A stretch of DNA of 64,000 nucleotides from an uncultured Cellvibrionaceae bacterium (GTDB lineage Bacteria; Pseudomonadota; Gammaproteobacteria; Pseudomonadales; Cellvibrionaceae), in contig CAYVIB010000030.1 in NCBI GenBank assembly GCA_964451365.1, positions 4,789-68,788 on the forward strand, written 5' to 3'. The notes under the pieces are model-generated. The model was not told the origin of the DNA. It worked only from the letters and a program-made list of their open reading frames with translations, and ran no database searches. Each line of letters opens with the position of its first letter. Positions within the stretch are counted from its first letter, which is position 1. Both the position numbers and the translations under genes were made by a program. Below are positions 39,722-48,488 of the stretch, piece after piece.

Positions 39722-42207
39722 TGTAGATTACCAGTTGATGCATTCGCCAATTCAGATGTACCAGGTGAAAACCAGGTCGGATCAAAATTCAGGTAGTGGA
39801 AATCCGAAAAATATTCCGTCATATCAGAATAATGAGGGCTCATTACTTGACCGGACTGCCCCGTTGAATTAACAAATAAATGCACGGGCGAATGATCCTT
39901 CATCTCAATAATCTGTCTAAAACCTGCCCCGAATACCTGGGAATATCCTTCCGAGCGATTAAAGATCGTACCCGCCACATTGACCGTGTTACTTGATCCC
40001 GCACTGCTGACGGATCGCTCGAACAACCGGCTGAGCATCCTAACCTGGCTGAAGGGCACATGCTGATAAACTGCTTTATTCGCCCGCCCCCAGGTCCACT
40101 CATCAATATCACTGCCGTAAAGCTTCGTCATCTCTTCGGAAACGGCATTAAAAGCACTTTCAATCATCGAACGACAGCTTTCCGTTACTTCAGTGGTGAC
40201 GTCATCACACCACTTTTCGTTGCTCCTGATGATTTCCGCAACCTTATCCGAGCTGATCGAAGCAATAACGGATTCCAGATACGGCGAGTGATCCTTCCGG
40301 TTCCAGTAGCTGCTCAGTTCATCGGTAAACAAGTTGGTTTTAAGGTTACGTAGTAATCCGTAGTAAATCGTGGCTCCGACACTGTTCATGGACGCTTTAC
40401 CATCCCACTTTCGCAACGTCTCAACCATGAATGGATCGGTGTCAAGAGGACCGATGTCTCTCACCACGTTCAGGAGACTGACGACGGATAAATCAAGCAC
40501 ATCCCCCTGTATTCGTTTCATATCTTCAGTGGTGAGTTTGTCTCCGCTTTGCACCGTCTTTTGTACAAGATGCGTAATTCTCTTCGCCCGTTGAGGTGGT
40601 GCGTAATTGCTCGATATAAAATAAGGGTAATCCGCATCAACATTTCGATTATTGGCATTCACCAGGAAACCGGATTCCGGATTAAAAACCTGCGGCATAC
40701 GATCAAAGGGAATATAACTTTCCCACTCGTATGATTTGTCTTTGCCGGACACTGGAACCAGACCATACCCAGCCCTCCTGACGGGAATTCTGCCAACACC
40801 GATGAGACCAATATTATTTCGTTTATCCGCGTACAGGATATTCAGCGGAGGGGCGATGTGGAACTCCAGGGCTTGCTTAAACTCGTTCCAATCAGCTGCA
40901 TAACCTAACCTATAAAACGATTCATATGACGTATCCTGGTCACTTAATCCCGTCCACTGTAGAGTCACCGGCTGATCCAACGAAGTTACGGTATCGCTGA
41001 TAACAGGACCATGGACTGAGTTACGTACCAGTATGGAAACAGGTTTAAGCGGTGAGCGCAGCGAGGATGGGAAGTCGGCCCTTACATTTATAAATTCGGT
41101 TCGCGTGCTGAAGGATTCGAACTCACCATCATATAAATATTTATTGGGATCCTCAGGGGCCGTCTGCTCGAGATAGAGATCCTGGACATCCGCCATCATG
41201 GCGGTACCTCCCCACGCGATATGTTGATTCCTTCCAAATATAATCACTGGCAGACCAACCAGACTCATGCCGGACGCATTGAGAGTAGCGCCTTTTTGGC
41301 TTACTGCGTACCAAAGCGATGGAATTTGCAGATCCAGGTGTGGGTCATTGGCCAGAATGGGAGCACCCGACTTCGTCAGGCTACCCGACACCACCCAGGC
41401 ATTACTTCCAGGATAAAAATTTTCGGCAACAGAGGTAGAGCCAAACATTTTTCCACTGGAAAACAAGGCGGACAATCCATCGAATGCAGGTGGATTGGCA
41501 TCACGGTCAACCAAATCACGAGGTAAATTATCCTCAAACAACGTGTTGAACTGCCTGTCCGAGAGATAGCGCAAACTAACAAAACGTTTTATTTCTTCTC
41601 GATAATTACCGCTAAGCGTTAATGCGAATACCTTTATCCAGGCAAGGGAGTCTTCTTTTTTCCACGGCTGAGGCTCTATGCCCAGTATGGCAAACTCTAT
41701 GGGAAGTCTTTGATTGGTATGAATCCACTCGTTAATACCCGCGGCATAAGCTTCTAGCGACGCTATTGCCGACGGACTCAAATAGTCAACGGATTTGGAT
41801 GCGGCTTCGTAGATTCCTAGCGTTCTTATCCATATATCCTGCTCCAGGGCGCTCCGACCGAGCACCTCCGCCAATGTTCCCTGGCAGGTTCGTCTCTGAA
41901 TTTCGAGCTGCCATAACCGATCCTGGGCATGGGCATATCCCATCGCGAAATAAACATCGATGTCTGAATCCGCTTTAAGGTAGGTAACTCCCATCGCGTC
42001 GCGTCTAATACTAATATTTTTCTCAGTGTTCTTTAAGAGGAACAAACCATCGCTATCACTGGGCAGGGGATCAAAAAGAAATATCTTGCATGCATACGCA
42101 ACACAAGCGATTGCCGGAAAAATGATAAAGACAATAAATCTCGGCAGGAGAACGAAGTTGGCAATCTTTAGCACAAGCGCAATTCCATTGTTGTTAGATG
42201 TAAACAA
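39718..42207 (-). CDS. Penicillin-amidase-family Ntn hydrolase (PvdQ / AHL-acylase-like)
   Basis: 829 aa with an N-terminal hydrophobic anchor and alpha-subunit motif YAHAQDRLWQLE. The predicted autoprocessing site is G-SNAWVVSG (Ser nucleophile). Length and layout are typical of the family. It is the first gene of the minus-strand operon. Confidence 0.85.
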   Translation of the reverse strand: MFTSNNNGIALVLKIANFVLLPRFIVFIIFPAIACVAYACKIFLFDPLPSDSDGLFLLKNTEKNISIRRDAMGVTYLKADSDIDVYFAMGYAHAQDRLWQLEIQRRTCQGTLAEVLGRSALEQDIWIRTLGIYEAASKSVDYLSPSAIASLEAYAAGINEWIHTNQRLPIEFAILGIEPQPWKKEDSLAWIKVFALTLSGNYREEIKRFVSLRYLSDRQFNTLFEDNLPRDLVDRDANPPAFDGLSALFSSGKMFGSTSVAENFYPGSNAWVVSGSLTKSGAPILANDPHLDLQIPSLWYAVSQKGATLNASGMSLVGLPVIIFGRNQHIAWGGTAMMADVQDLYLEQTAPEDPNKYLYDGEFESFSTRTEFINVRADFPSSLRSPLKPVSILVRNSVHGPVISDTVTSLDQPVTLQWTGLSDQDTSYESFYRLGYAADWNEFKQALEFHIAPPLNILYADKRNNIGLIGVGRIPVRRAGYGLVPVSGKDKSYEWESYIPFDRMPQVFNPESGFLVNANNRNVDADYPYFISSNYAPPQRAKRITHLVQKTVQSGDKLTTEDMKRIQGDVLDLSVVSLLNVVRDIGPLDTDPFMVETLRKWDGKASMNSVGATIYYGLLRNLKTNLFTDELSSYWNRKDHSPYLESVIASISSDKVAEIIRSNEKWCDDVTTEVTESCRSMIESAFNAVSEEMTKLYGSDIDEWTWGRANKAVYQHVPFSQVRMLSRLFERSVSSAGSSNTVNVAGTIFNRSEGYSQVFGAGFRQIIEMKDHSPVHLFVNSTGQSGQVMSPHYSDMTEYFSDFHYLNFDPTWFSPGTSELANASTGNLQ

Positions 42208-42834
42208 ATCAACAGCCAGTTGTTCGGTATATAGCTGCTATCCAGGGTTTATATACAGGCAGCACCATAGTTGCACACCATGTATAGCTGTACGCAGATA
42301 TTGATATCGAAACGGAAAAACGTTATTAACTATCTACTGAACGCAGATTGATACAGATGCCTATTAATACATCTAATTGTGTCACCTTTATTTTATTTGG
42401 GTCAGGCTCGCCACACCTTATTCTCTACCATGAAATTCAATACCGGCAGAAAGCGGTTATGAGCCCCTACTACAACTAAAGTATTACCCGGTTAAACGCC
42501 GGAAACCCTCCAACATATCCAAGGTTATTGCATTTCGACAACATCATCGGGATCATCGGGCGTTGGGTTAGCGCGCAAATCATTTTACGCGCAATATCAT
42601 TACACCTGTGACGCTTAAATTTTCCTGGCAAGGATATAAATTAATCTTTTTGGCATTTGGAATTTTTTTTTGTCGCGCCTTAGAGGTTTCCGATTGTTTG
42701 TTTTTTGTCTGTATGTGATTAGGGTGCCAACTATAGTCTTTAAGCAAATCCCGATCAAGTTGAACATTTCACTTTTTGTATATTTTGATGGTCACGTTGC
42801 AATACGCCACATTAACCGCTCATGGGTAAATTTA

Positions 42835-42845
42835 TGGCGTCAAAA
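42835..42845 (+). promoter_or_regulatory. Motif TGGCGTCAAAA, copy 1
   Basis: Exact 11-mer, 198 nt upstream of the GT start codon. Confidence 0.35.
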
Positions 42846-42936
42846 TCACCTGGTTTATTTAAATGTTGTTAAACTGCTAGCGGCGCCTGCAAATTTTTAT
42901 CTCAAAGGTTGACTTACATTAGGTAAATCATTATTT

Positions 42937-42947
42937 TGGCGTCAAAA
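42937..42947 (+). promoter_or_regulatory. Motif TGGCGTCAAAA, copy 2 (TTTTGGCGTCAAAA imperfect dyad)
   Basis: Exact 11-mer, 96 nt upstream of the GT start codon. Confidence 0.35.
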
Positions 42948-43032
42948 AAACCTTCTCGGACCCTGCCCTACCAAAAAAGTCTGAAGAAATACACATCGCG
43001 ATCAGGGTTTTTAAGGAAAGGACCCGAACCAT

Positions 43033-44469
43033 ATGAACAAAAATAAAGCTGATCCAGGTAGCAGTTTAAAAGTTATTGGTTTTGTCCTTTTTCCAGAGCG
43101 GGGAGGATATTTTCCCACTTTTAAACTCGCCAAAGCGTTGAAGCAAAAGGGCTTCGAAGTCATCTACTTCGGCACCAGCGAATTCGAGAGCGACGTCCTG
43201 AACCAGGGGTTGAACTACCAGGTCTTGTTTGAAAAACAGTTCGGAAAAGATACATTTGATGCTCCCCCACTGCCTCCCGGTACCGGTGCTATTAAACGTC
43301 TTAAACACAACCTCAGTCTTATTCGCTACAGAAACTTCACGCTACACCAGGCGTTGGCATCCGGCGAGATTGTCGATTCGTTCAACAAGAGTCACGTGGA
43401 TTTGCTACTGGTAGATGCCTTGCTCTCTCCCGTCGCGATGTTCGCGAGCGATTCGGGATTACCGGTGATAACACTTGCCACGGAACTTGTCGGTAACAGT
43501 CACAAGTTTCCGCCTCACACCTCCTATTTTAAACCAACCAAGCTTGCATTGATTGCCAAACCAATAGTTGCTATCGAGTGGGCAAAGTTCCGTATACGCA
43601 ACAAAGTTATATCACTTTTCATGCGAAGCCTGATTCGGGTGCTACGGATTCCTGCGTACGACCCAAAAATACTGAACAAATACGAAGAGCTAAAGAAACA
43701 ATCCGACCGAAAACTTATACACTGCGAATATGGTCGGCGCCCTTTATTTCCGGAGTTTGTGCTTTGTCCGAAGGAGTTTGATTTTGACGTGGCAACGAAC
43801 TTTTATGATCAGAGAAAGTACATTGGACATTGTATCGACCTTCTTCGACACGAGCCGGAGTTTCCCTGGTCAAGGATTGACGAGAGACCAGTTATATATT
43901 GCTCTCTCGGCACGCACGTTGCGGACTACCCACCTGCCGACCGCTTTTTCCGAGTATTGATATCCGTTGCCCGGCGCAACCCCCAATACAGTTTCGTCGT
44001 CAGCATGGGGCCGGGAAGACAGTTGAGCATGTATGGTTCTGTCCCATCCAACGTCATAGCTCTCGCGCGTGTACCGCAACTCGCAATACTAAAGAAAGCG
44101 TCTGCAATGATCACTAATGGCGGTTTGGGAACGGTAAAAGAATGTATTTATTTTGCAGTTCCGATGCTGGCTTTACCGTGCGATTTTGATCAGCCAGGGA
44201 ATTCAGCCCGGATATGTTTTCATAAGATAGGGCGGCGGGACAGCATTCGCAGAATATCCGCCGGATCAATGGGTAAGCACATCGATGCTCTTCTAACAAA
44301 CCCCATTTATAAGGAAAACATTCGCAAGATGAGTGCTGAGTTCCGCCGCGAAAAGGATTTTGAAAAATGTATTCAAACAATCACAGACACAATCACCCAC
44401 ACCCCGCAGGCCGACATTCGACCGAACGCTGTCATTGCACCTGCAAACCCTGTGGAAACGTATATCTGA
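43033..44469 (+). CDS. GT1-family glycosyltransferase (MGT/UGT-like)
   Basis: 478 aa. The C-terminal donor-binding signature ITNGGLGTVKECIYFAVPMLALPCDFDQPGNSARI matches the xGGxGT..E....G.P....P...DQ..NA motif of macrolide/UDP-glycosyltransferases. Confidence 0.8.
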   Translation: MNKNKADPGSSLKVIGFVLFPERGGYFPTFKLAKALKQKGFEVIYFGTSEFESDVLNQGLNYQVLFEKQFGKDTFDAPPLPPGTGAIKRLKHNLSLIRYRNFTLHQALASGEIVDSFNKSHVDLLLVDALLSPVAMFASDSGLPVITLATELVGNSHKFPPHTSYFKPTKLALIAKPIVAIEWAKFRIRNKVISLFMRSLIRVLRIPAYDPKILNKYEELKKQSDRKLIHCEYGRRPLFPEFVLCPKEFDFDVATNFYDQRKYIGHCIDLLRHEPEFPWSRIDERPVIYCSLGTHVADYPPADRFFRVLISVARRNPQYSFVVSMGPGRQLSMYGSVPSNVIALARVPQLAILKKASAMITNGGLGTVKECIYFAVPMLALPCDFDQPGNSARICFHKIGRRDSIRRISAGSMGKHIDALLTNPIYKENIRKMSAEFRREKDFEKCIQTITDTITHTPQADIRPNAVIAPANPVETYI

Positions 44470-44543
44470 TTATATATACACATAACAGTCACAAGAACCT
44501 ATCTCCTAATTGTCGATGGCTATCACAATATTGCTGAGGATCC

Positions 44544-44577
44544 GAGTCAAGCGGACAGGAAAACAGGCGCTTGACTC
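44544..44577. terminator. 10-bp perfect hairpin between convergent genes
   Basis: GAGTCAAGCG (44544-44553), 14-nt loop, CGCTTGACTC (44568-44577). There is no clear U-tract. Confidence 0.45.
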
Positions 44578-44600
44578 AGCGTGGTGCCTATGTTGAATCC

Positions 44601-45317
44601 TTAATCCGTAACCGACGAAGCAACCGTCTGGCCGTTGGGATCCCCGTATTCATCATGGCGGCGCCACCACTGCTCGGGAAATTCCAGCCCTTGTTCATCC
44701 CGCCCGCGAGGCGCCATATCAATCCAATGGTAAGCGCCATCCAATACTTCCAGGCCACGGGCCAAACCGTTGTATGTGTGGTAAACGGTTCCCTCTTTCA
44801 ATGCAAACGCATTCAGGGTCGAGGTTTCACCACTACCCTGCGTTGGCTGATGACCAAGCACATCGTCGAAATCGCCGTTGTAATCGCTGTTCAGTGACGA
44901 CACCCATTCGAATTTCCATCCCATGCGTTGCTTGTAAGCCAACAACCGGTCAAGCGACGCGCGCGAAGTGCAGACCACGGTGATATCGCGGGCATTAATA
45001 TGCGGCAGGGCACCATCGATATGGTCGCACAGGAAAGAACAGCCGATACAGCCCTTGGTCCAGTCGGGGCCGAACATAAAGTGGTAGAGCAACAATTGGG
45101 AACGGCCGTCAAACAGCTCCACCAGCGTCTTGCGGCCGGTCGTGGTATCGAAGTAGTACGTTTTCTCGACCGGCACCCAAGGTAACTGCTGGCGTTCGCG
45201 GACAAGCTCATCATTGCGGCGCATGTGCTGTTTCTCTTTTTCAAGCAACGCCAGGCGGGCGGCGCGCCAATCCGACCGGGTGCCGATATTCGGCATTGAA
45301 ATTGAATTGGTAGTCAT
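44601..45317 (-). CDS. DUF899-type thioredoxin-like protein
   Basis: Contains LPWVPVEKTYYFD...LLLYHFMFGPDW..GCIGCS...YKQRMGW.F.WVSS. I prefer ATG 45315-45317 (AGGAGA 5 nt upstream, 238 aa) over the ORF-track start at 45458. Confidence 0.7.
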   Translation of the reverse strand: MTTNSISMPNIGTRSDWRAARLALLEKEKQHMRRNDELVRERQQLPWVPVEKTYYFDTTTGRKTLVELFDGRSQLLLYHFMFGPDWTKGCIGCSFLCDHIDGALPHINARDITVVCTSRASLDRLLAYKQRMGWKFEWVSSLNSDYNGDFDDVLGHQPTQGSGETSTLNAFALKEGTVYHTYNGLARGLEVLDGAYHWIDMAPRGRDEQGLEFPEQWWRRHDEYGDPNGQTVASSVTD

Positions 45318-45662
45318 AAGTCTCTCCTGTAGTGGCAGGGATTGGTGGGAACGCCGGCGGTATCGGTAGATGACGAACGGAATCAGCCCGCCTGCCGCGG
45401 TAACTGCCGCCGACCCGGTGAACAGTAAGGCGGTGGAGGTCAGACAAAATGGGCACATGGCAGTGTCCTCTGTTCAATACTGCAAGCTTGTTAATAGTCG
45501 CGCGGGCCGGGCAGGAATCGACAGGGAGGACGAAATATTCCTGAAAAAATTGAAGGGAGAAACTAGCGCCAGGTTGCAGCCAAAAAATTCCTCGATGCGT
45601 CGTAACACACCGAGGACCAGAAGGAAGGATTCTTACAATTGACCCCGATGGGGGAATCGTTG

Positions 45663-47312
45663 TTAATTTCCCGTTGGCAATGGAATTGACACGCCTTCGT
45701 TCTCCAGCATATCGCGAACATACTTAAGCCGCTGGTACTGCGAGAGAGTAATGGGGCCTGTGTACGTTTCGCTCTGCAGTTTACGCGGCGGGTTTTTGAC
45801 GTAAGTCTGCATCTTTTCCCGCACAGCCTCATTAATCGTTACCAGCGTCCAGGTTCTCTCCGTGAAATTATTCATAAAAGTGTCGTAGCGTTCCTGCGGA
45901 TCGGCCCACAAATCAAATACCTGTGGAACGGTCGCTACATATTTGTCAGGCCCTTTCCAACCGAGATTGGAATCAACGGCCAATCCACCGGTTGCCTGTC
46001 CGTTGTCGCCACGCAAATTGAACACCGCCTTGTAATTACCGACACGTACCGCCCCCGGAGTCAATTCGTTCTCGGTGAAATAAAACCAGGAATCTCGTTC
46101 CGATTTGCCGGTACCGAATAACACCGGCGACATATCAATACTGTCAAAGACAATGGGCTTTCGGTCTCGATCCCGATCCGGCAAATCAATACCGGCAACC
46201 GATGCAAAAGTGGCCATTAAATCCAGCCCACCGAGAATGTCGTGATTTTTGGAATTCGCCGCAATTTTTCCCGGCATCCAGGCGATGGCGGGAACACGAT
46301 TGCCGCCTTCGCGCACCGTGCCTTTGGTGCCGCGAAAAGGGGTATAACCGGCATCGGGATAAACGTCCTGCCAGGCACCATTATCGGTGGTATAAAACAC
46401 CAGTGTGTTATCTTCGAGATTGAGCTCGCGCAGCTTATCCATGATGGCACCGATGCGCCCATCCAGTTCGACAACGGAATCGGCGTATTTGGATTTCGAT
46501 GTGGACTTGTGTTGATAATCCGGGTGCGGCATGTTGGGTTGGTGCACTTTCATAAAATTGACATTGATAAAGAAGGGCTCATTTTCCTGTGCCGCTTTTT
46601 CCAAAAATTCCACCGCCGCTTTTTCAACGTATTCGTCGTAGTAGGGAATCCCCACGACGCCGTTGGGATAGTCATCGCTGGCGCTGTCGGGTTTGTTGAC
46701 ATACTGCCCGTTTACATCAAACTCCACGAAAGCCTTGTCACCGGCAAGCCCGGAAAGCGCCCCTTTGGTGACGGTTTTGAACATGGTCCGCAACTCCGGG
46801 TCCATATCCGGAAACCATGTGGGGTCAGCGTAGGTGTAGGCGTTCAGGTGATAAAGACCGGCGTACTTCATTTCATCGTAGCCATGAGCATTGGGAAGCG
46901 CGTAATCAGCTTCACCCAAATGCCACTTGCCGGTGAAATAGGTGTTATAACCGGCTCTTTTCAGCACCGAAGCCAACGTCCACTCCGCCGCCGGTAAACC
47001 ACCACCCTGCCCCTGGAAAGCCACCGTTGTCATACCGCTGCGGTTGGGTATGCGACCGGTTTGAATGGCGGCGCGCCCGGGCGTACAACTCGGTTGTGCA
47101 TAAAAGGAAAAGAACGTCATTCCCTCATTCGCCAGTCGATCAATATTCGGCGTGGGCATGCCACGCCCCTCACCCCCGCCATAGGGGCCAAGATCACCAT
47201 ATCCTGTGTCGTCGGAAATAATTAAAAGAATATTGGGTTTGTCCTGCGCCACTGCAAATGGACTGAGCATGCATGTCAGGGTGGTGGCTATCAAACAAAA
47301 TAAATATCTCAT
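45663..47312 (-). CDS. Cys-type (formylglycine) arylsulfatase, secreted
   Basis: Sulfatase signature SCTPGRAAIQTGR (CxPxR) and LLIISDDTGYGDLG. I prefer the start at 47310-47312 (GAGGAG upstream), which gives signal peptide MRYLFCLIATTLTCMLSPFAVAQ. Confidence 0.85.
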   Translation of the reverse strand: MRYLFCLIATTLTCMLSPFAVAQDKPNILLIISDDTGYGDLGPYGGGEGRGMPTPNIDRLANEGMTFFSFYAQPSCTPGRAAIQTGRIPNRSGMTTVAFQGQGGGLPAAEWTLASVLKRAGYNTYFTGKWHLGEADYALPNAHGYDEMKYAGLYHLNAYTYADPTWFPDMDPELRTMFKTVTKGALSGLAGDKAFVEFDVNGQYVNKPDSASDDYPNGVVGIPYYDEYVEKAAVEFLEKAAQENEPFFINVNFMKVHQPNMPHPDYQHKSTSKSKYADSVVELDGRIGAIMDKLRELNLEDNTLVFYTTDNGAWQDVYPDAGYTPFRGTKGTVREGGNRVPAIAWMPGKIAANSKNHDILGGLDLMATFASVAGIDLPDRDRDRKPIVFDSIDMSPVLFGTGKSERDSWFYFTENELTPGAVRVGNYKAVFNLRGDNGQATGGLAVDSNLGWKGPDKYVATVPQVFDLWADPQERYDTFMNNFTERTWTLVTINEAVREKMQTYVKNPPRKLQSETYTGPITLSQYQRLKYVRDMLENEGVSIPLPTGN

Positions 47313-47802
47313 TGTTCGCTCCTCGCTTCCCGTGCTGGGCCTGCTGAATAAAATCACGAAATTAAATTTCATCGCGGCGTGCATGCCGTTGAGCATTATG
47401 GCCATCCGCCTCGAACTACGTTTTTAGCACAACAAAATACCATCGCCCGGAAAAAGCGGTTGCGCTGAAGGAAAACACCCTAACTGTCTGCACGAATGTT
47501 TGTGGGAAATACTAAAGTCTATCGACTGCACGGCATATTGAACCTTGGGGAAGAAAAGGCTGCTCCAAGGTGCAGTCATCGTGTTGGGATATAAAAAAAT
47601 ACTCGCTTCAAAAGCCCTGGGATAAGATGCTATTACTTTTTACCACCGCGTTTCCAATAGAAAAATCTTTGAGGAGATCCATCCCCGCTAAACGTTCTTC
47701 GACTTCAATAAAGTTTCAGCCAGACAATGTACCAGCGAGAAATATCATCATCACGCACTGCCGATGAAATAAGCGACATCGCTTTTATGTAAAGTATCAA
47801 TT

Positions 47803-47813
47803 TGGCGTCAAAA
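47803..47813 (+). promoter_or_regulatory. Motif TGGCGTCAAAA, copy 3
   Basis: Exact 11-mer, 185 nt upstream of the small secreted-protein start at 47988. Confidence 0.35.
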
Positions 47814-47987
47814 TTCAAAACATTAAAAAAACTGTATCAGGCCGATTGGTATTCTATCTGTCTGAAAACGGCAATATGGATTTATATCAATAGAACAGAA
47901 TTTCAGGAGAAAACGGGCAAGTACATGCTTGTCCTGGCCGGCAGGATACCTTTAAACGCTTCACTCAAATACGTATGGAGAGCAAGT

Positions 47988-48329
47988 ATGAAAATTAAAG
48001 CTCCATTATCTGTATTAGTTGGCGCTATCGCACTTTCTTTTTCAATTCTCACGCAAGCCGCTGTGCAAGTGACGCAGATCACCAACGACTACAATACGAC
48101 AAACAACTGCAGTATTGTCAGCGCGGGCGGATACAACTATCACTACAGCGACCATGTTGTCAACGTTGTTGTTTACGCTGTTGATTGTCCCAGTGAGTCT
48201 GTCGTGATTTACCCGCAAAAGACAACCACATCTTATTACTGGGGTGGGCAATTCTGCGAGATGACGACGTACACTTCTGGTTACTTTATAGGTGGAGGAT
48301 GTGGAAACTACCGCATCTATAAAAACTAA
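47988..48329 (+). CDS. Small secreted hypothetical protein (4 Cys)
   Basis: I prefer ATG 47988 (GGAGAG 6 nt upstream). This gives signal peptide MKIKAPLSVLVGAIALSFSILTQA and a 113-aa product. No recognisable family. Confidence 0.5.
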   Translation: MKIKAPLSVLVGAIALSFSILTQAAVQVTQITNDYNTTNNCSIVSAGGYNYHYSDHVVNVVVYAVDCPSESVVIYPQKTTTSYYWGGQFCEMTTYTSGYFIGGGCGNYRIYKN

Positions 48330-48337
48330 TCCGGGTT

Positions 48338-48362
48338 AGTTCAGGTCACATCTGAACTTTCT
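48338..48362 (+). terminator. Short hairpin + T-run after the small secreted-protein gene
   Basis: AGTTCAG, 7-nt loop, CTGAACT, then TTCT. Confidence 0.4.
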
Positions 48363-48373
48363 CCTGAAAACGA

Positions 48374-48432
48374 GAGAGTTACCGGTTTTGATAAAAGGTG
48401 GATACTGAATCAAAACACATGCGGTAACTCTC
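48374..48432. other. Composite 19-bp-stem hairpin between convergent genes
   Basis: GAGAGTTACCG+GTTTTGAT (48374-48392) pairs with ATCAAAAC (48409-48416) and CGGTAACTCTC (48422-48432), leaving a 5-nt bulge. Confidence 0.5.
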
Positions 48433-48488
48433 ATGCTTTATAGGAACGGGAATCAATAGAATAAGGCAGGTCTTTTACACACGACACC

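Larger units (their letters stand above)
42208..43032. promoter_or_regulatory. 825-bp AT-rich divergent intergenic region (likely promoters of the NRPS operon and of the glycosyltransferase)
   Basis: This is the longest non-coding stretch in the cluster and lies between divergent genes. It contains two copies of TGGCGTCAAAA. No promoter elements were assigned with confidence. Confidence 0.4.

Noticed and set aside
42835-42850. TGGCGT... read as a sigma-54 (-24 GG / -12 GC) promoter
   Set aside because: The TGGC is not followed by a TTGC/GC element at the required spacing in any of the three copies.
42670-42912. 80-aa ORF in the large intergenic region
   Set aside because: It lies in AT-rich sequence, has no RBS, is hydrophobic and low in complexity, and spans one of the repeated regulatory motifs. 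It is more likely non-coding promoter DNA.
45318-45458. 47-codon hydrophobic N-terminal extension of the DUF899 ORF
   Set aside because: The internal ATG at 45317 has a strong AGGAGA RBS and gives the usual family length of about 240 aa. The extension cannot be fully excluded, because a GAGGA also precedes 45458.
46242-46997. 251-aa plus-strand ORF
   Set aside because: It is antisense to the sulfatase gene, whose frame carries the CxPxR signature and a signal peptide.
47313-47405. 31-codon extension of the sulfatase ORF
   Set aside because: The ATG at 47312 has a GAGGAG RBS and starts a canonical signal peptide. The extension has no such features.
47524-47577. GACTGCAC ... CCTTGG ... CCAAGG/GTGCAGTC nested inverted repeats upstream of the secreted-protein gene
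   Set aside because: The arms partly overlap and leave a large asymmetric internal loop. The stems are short enough to arise by chance, and nothing links them to a known element.
47802-47987. N-terminal 62-codon extension of ORF 47802..48329
   Set aside because: It would start inside the TGGCGTCAAAA motif (47803-47813). The internal ATG at 47988 has a GGAGAG RBS and yields a clean signal peptide.
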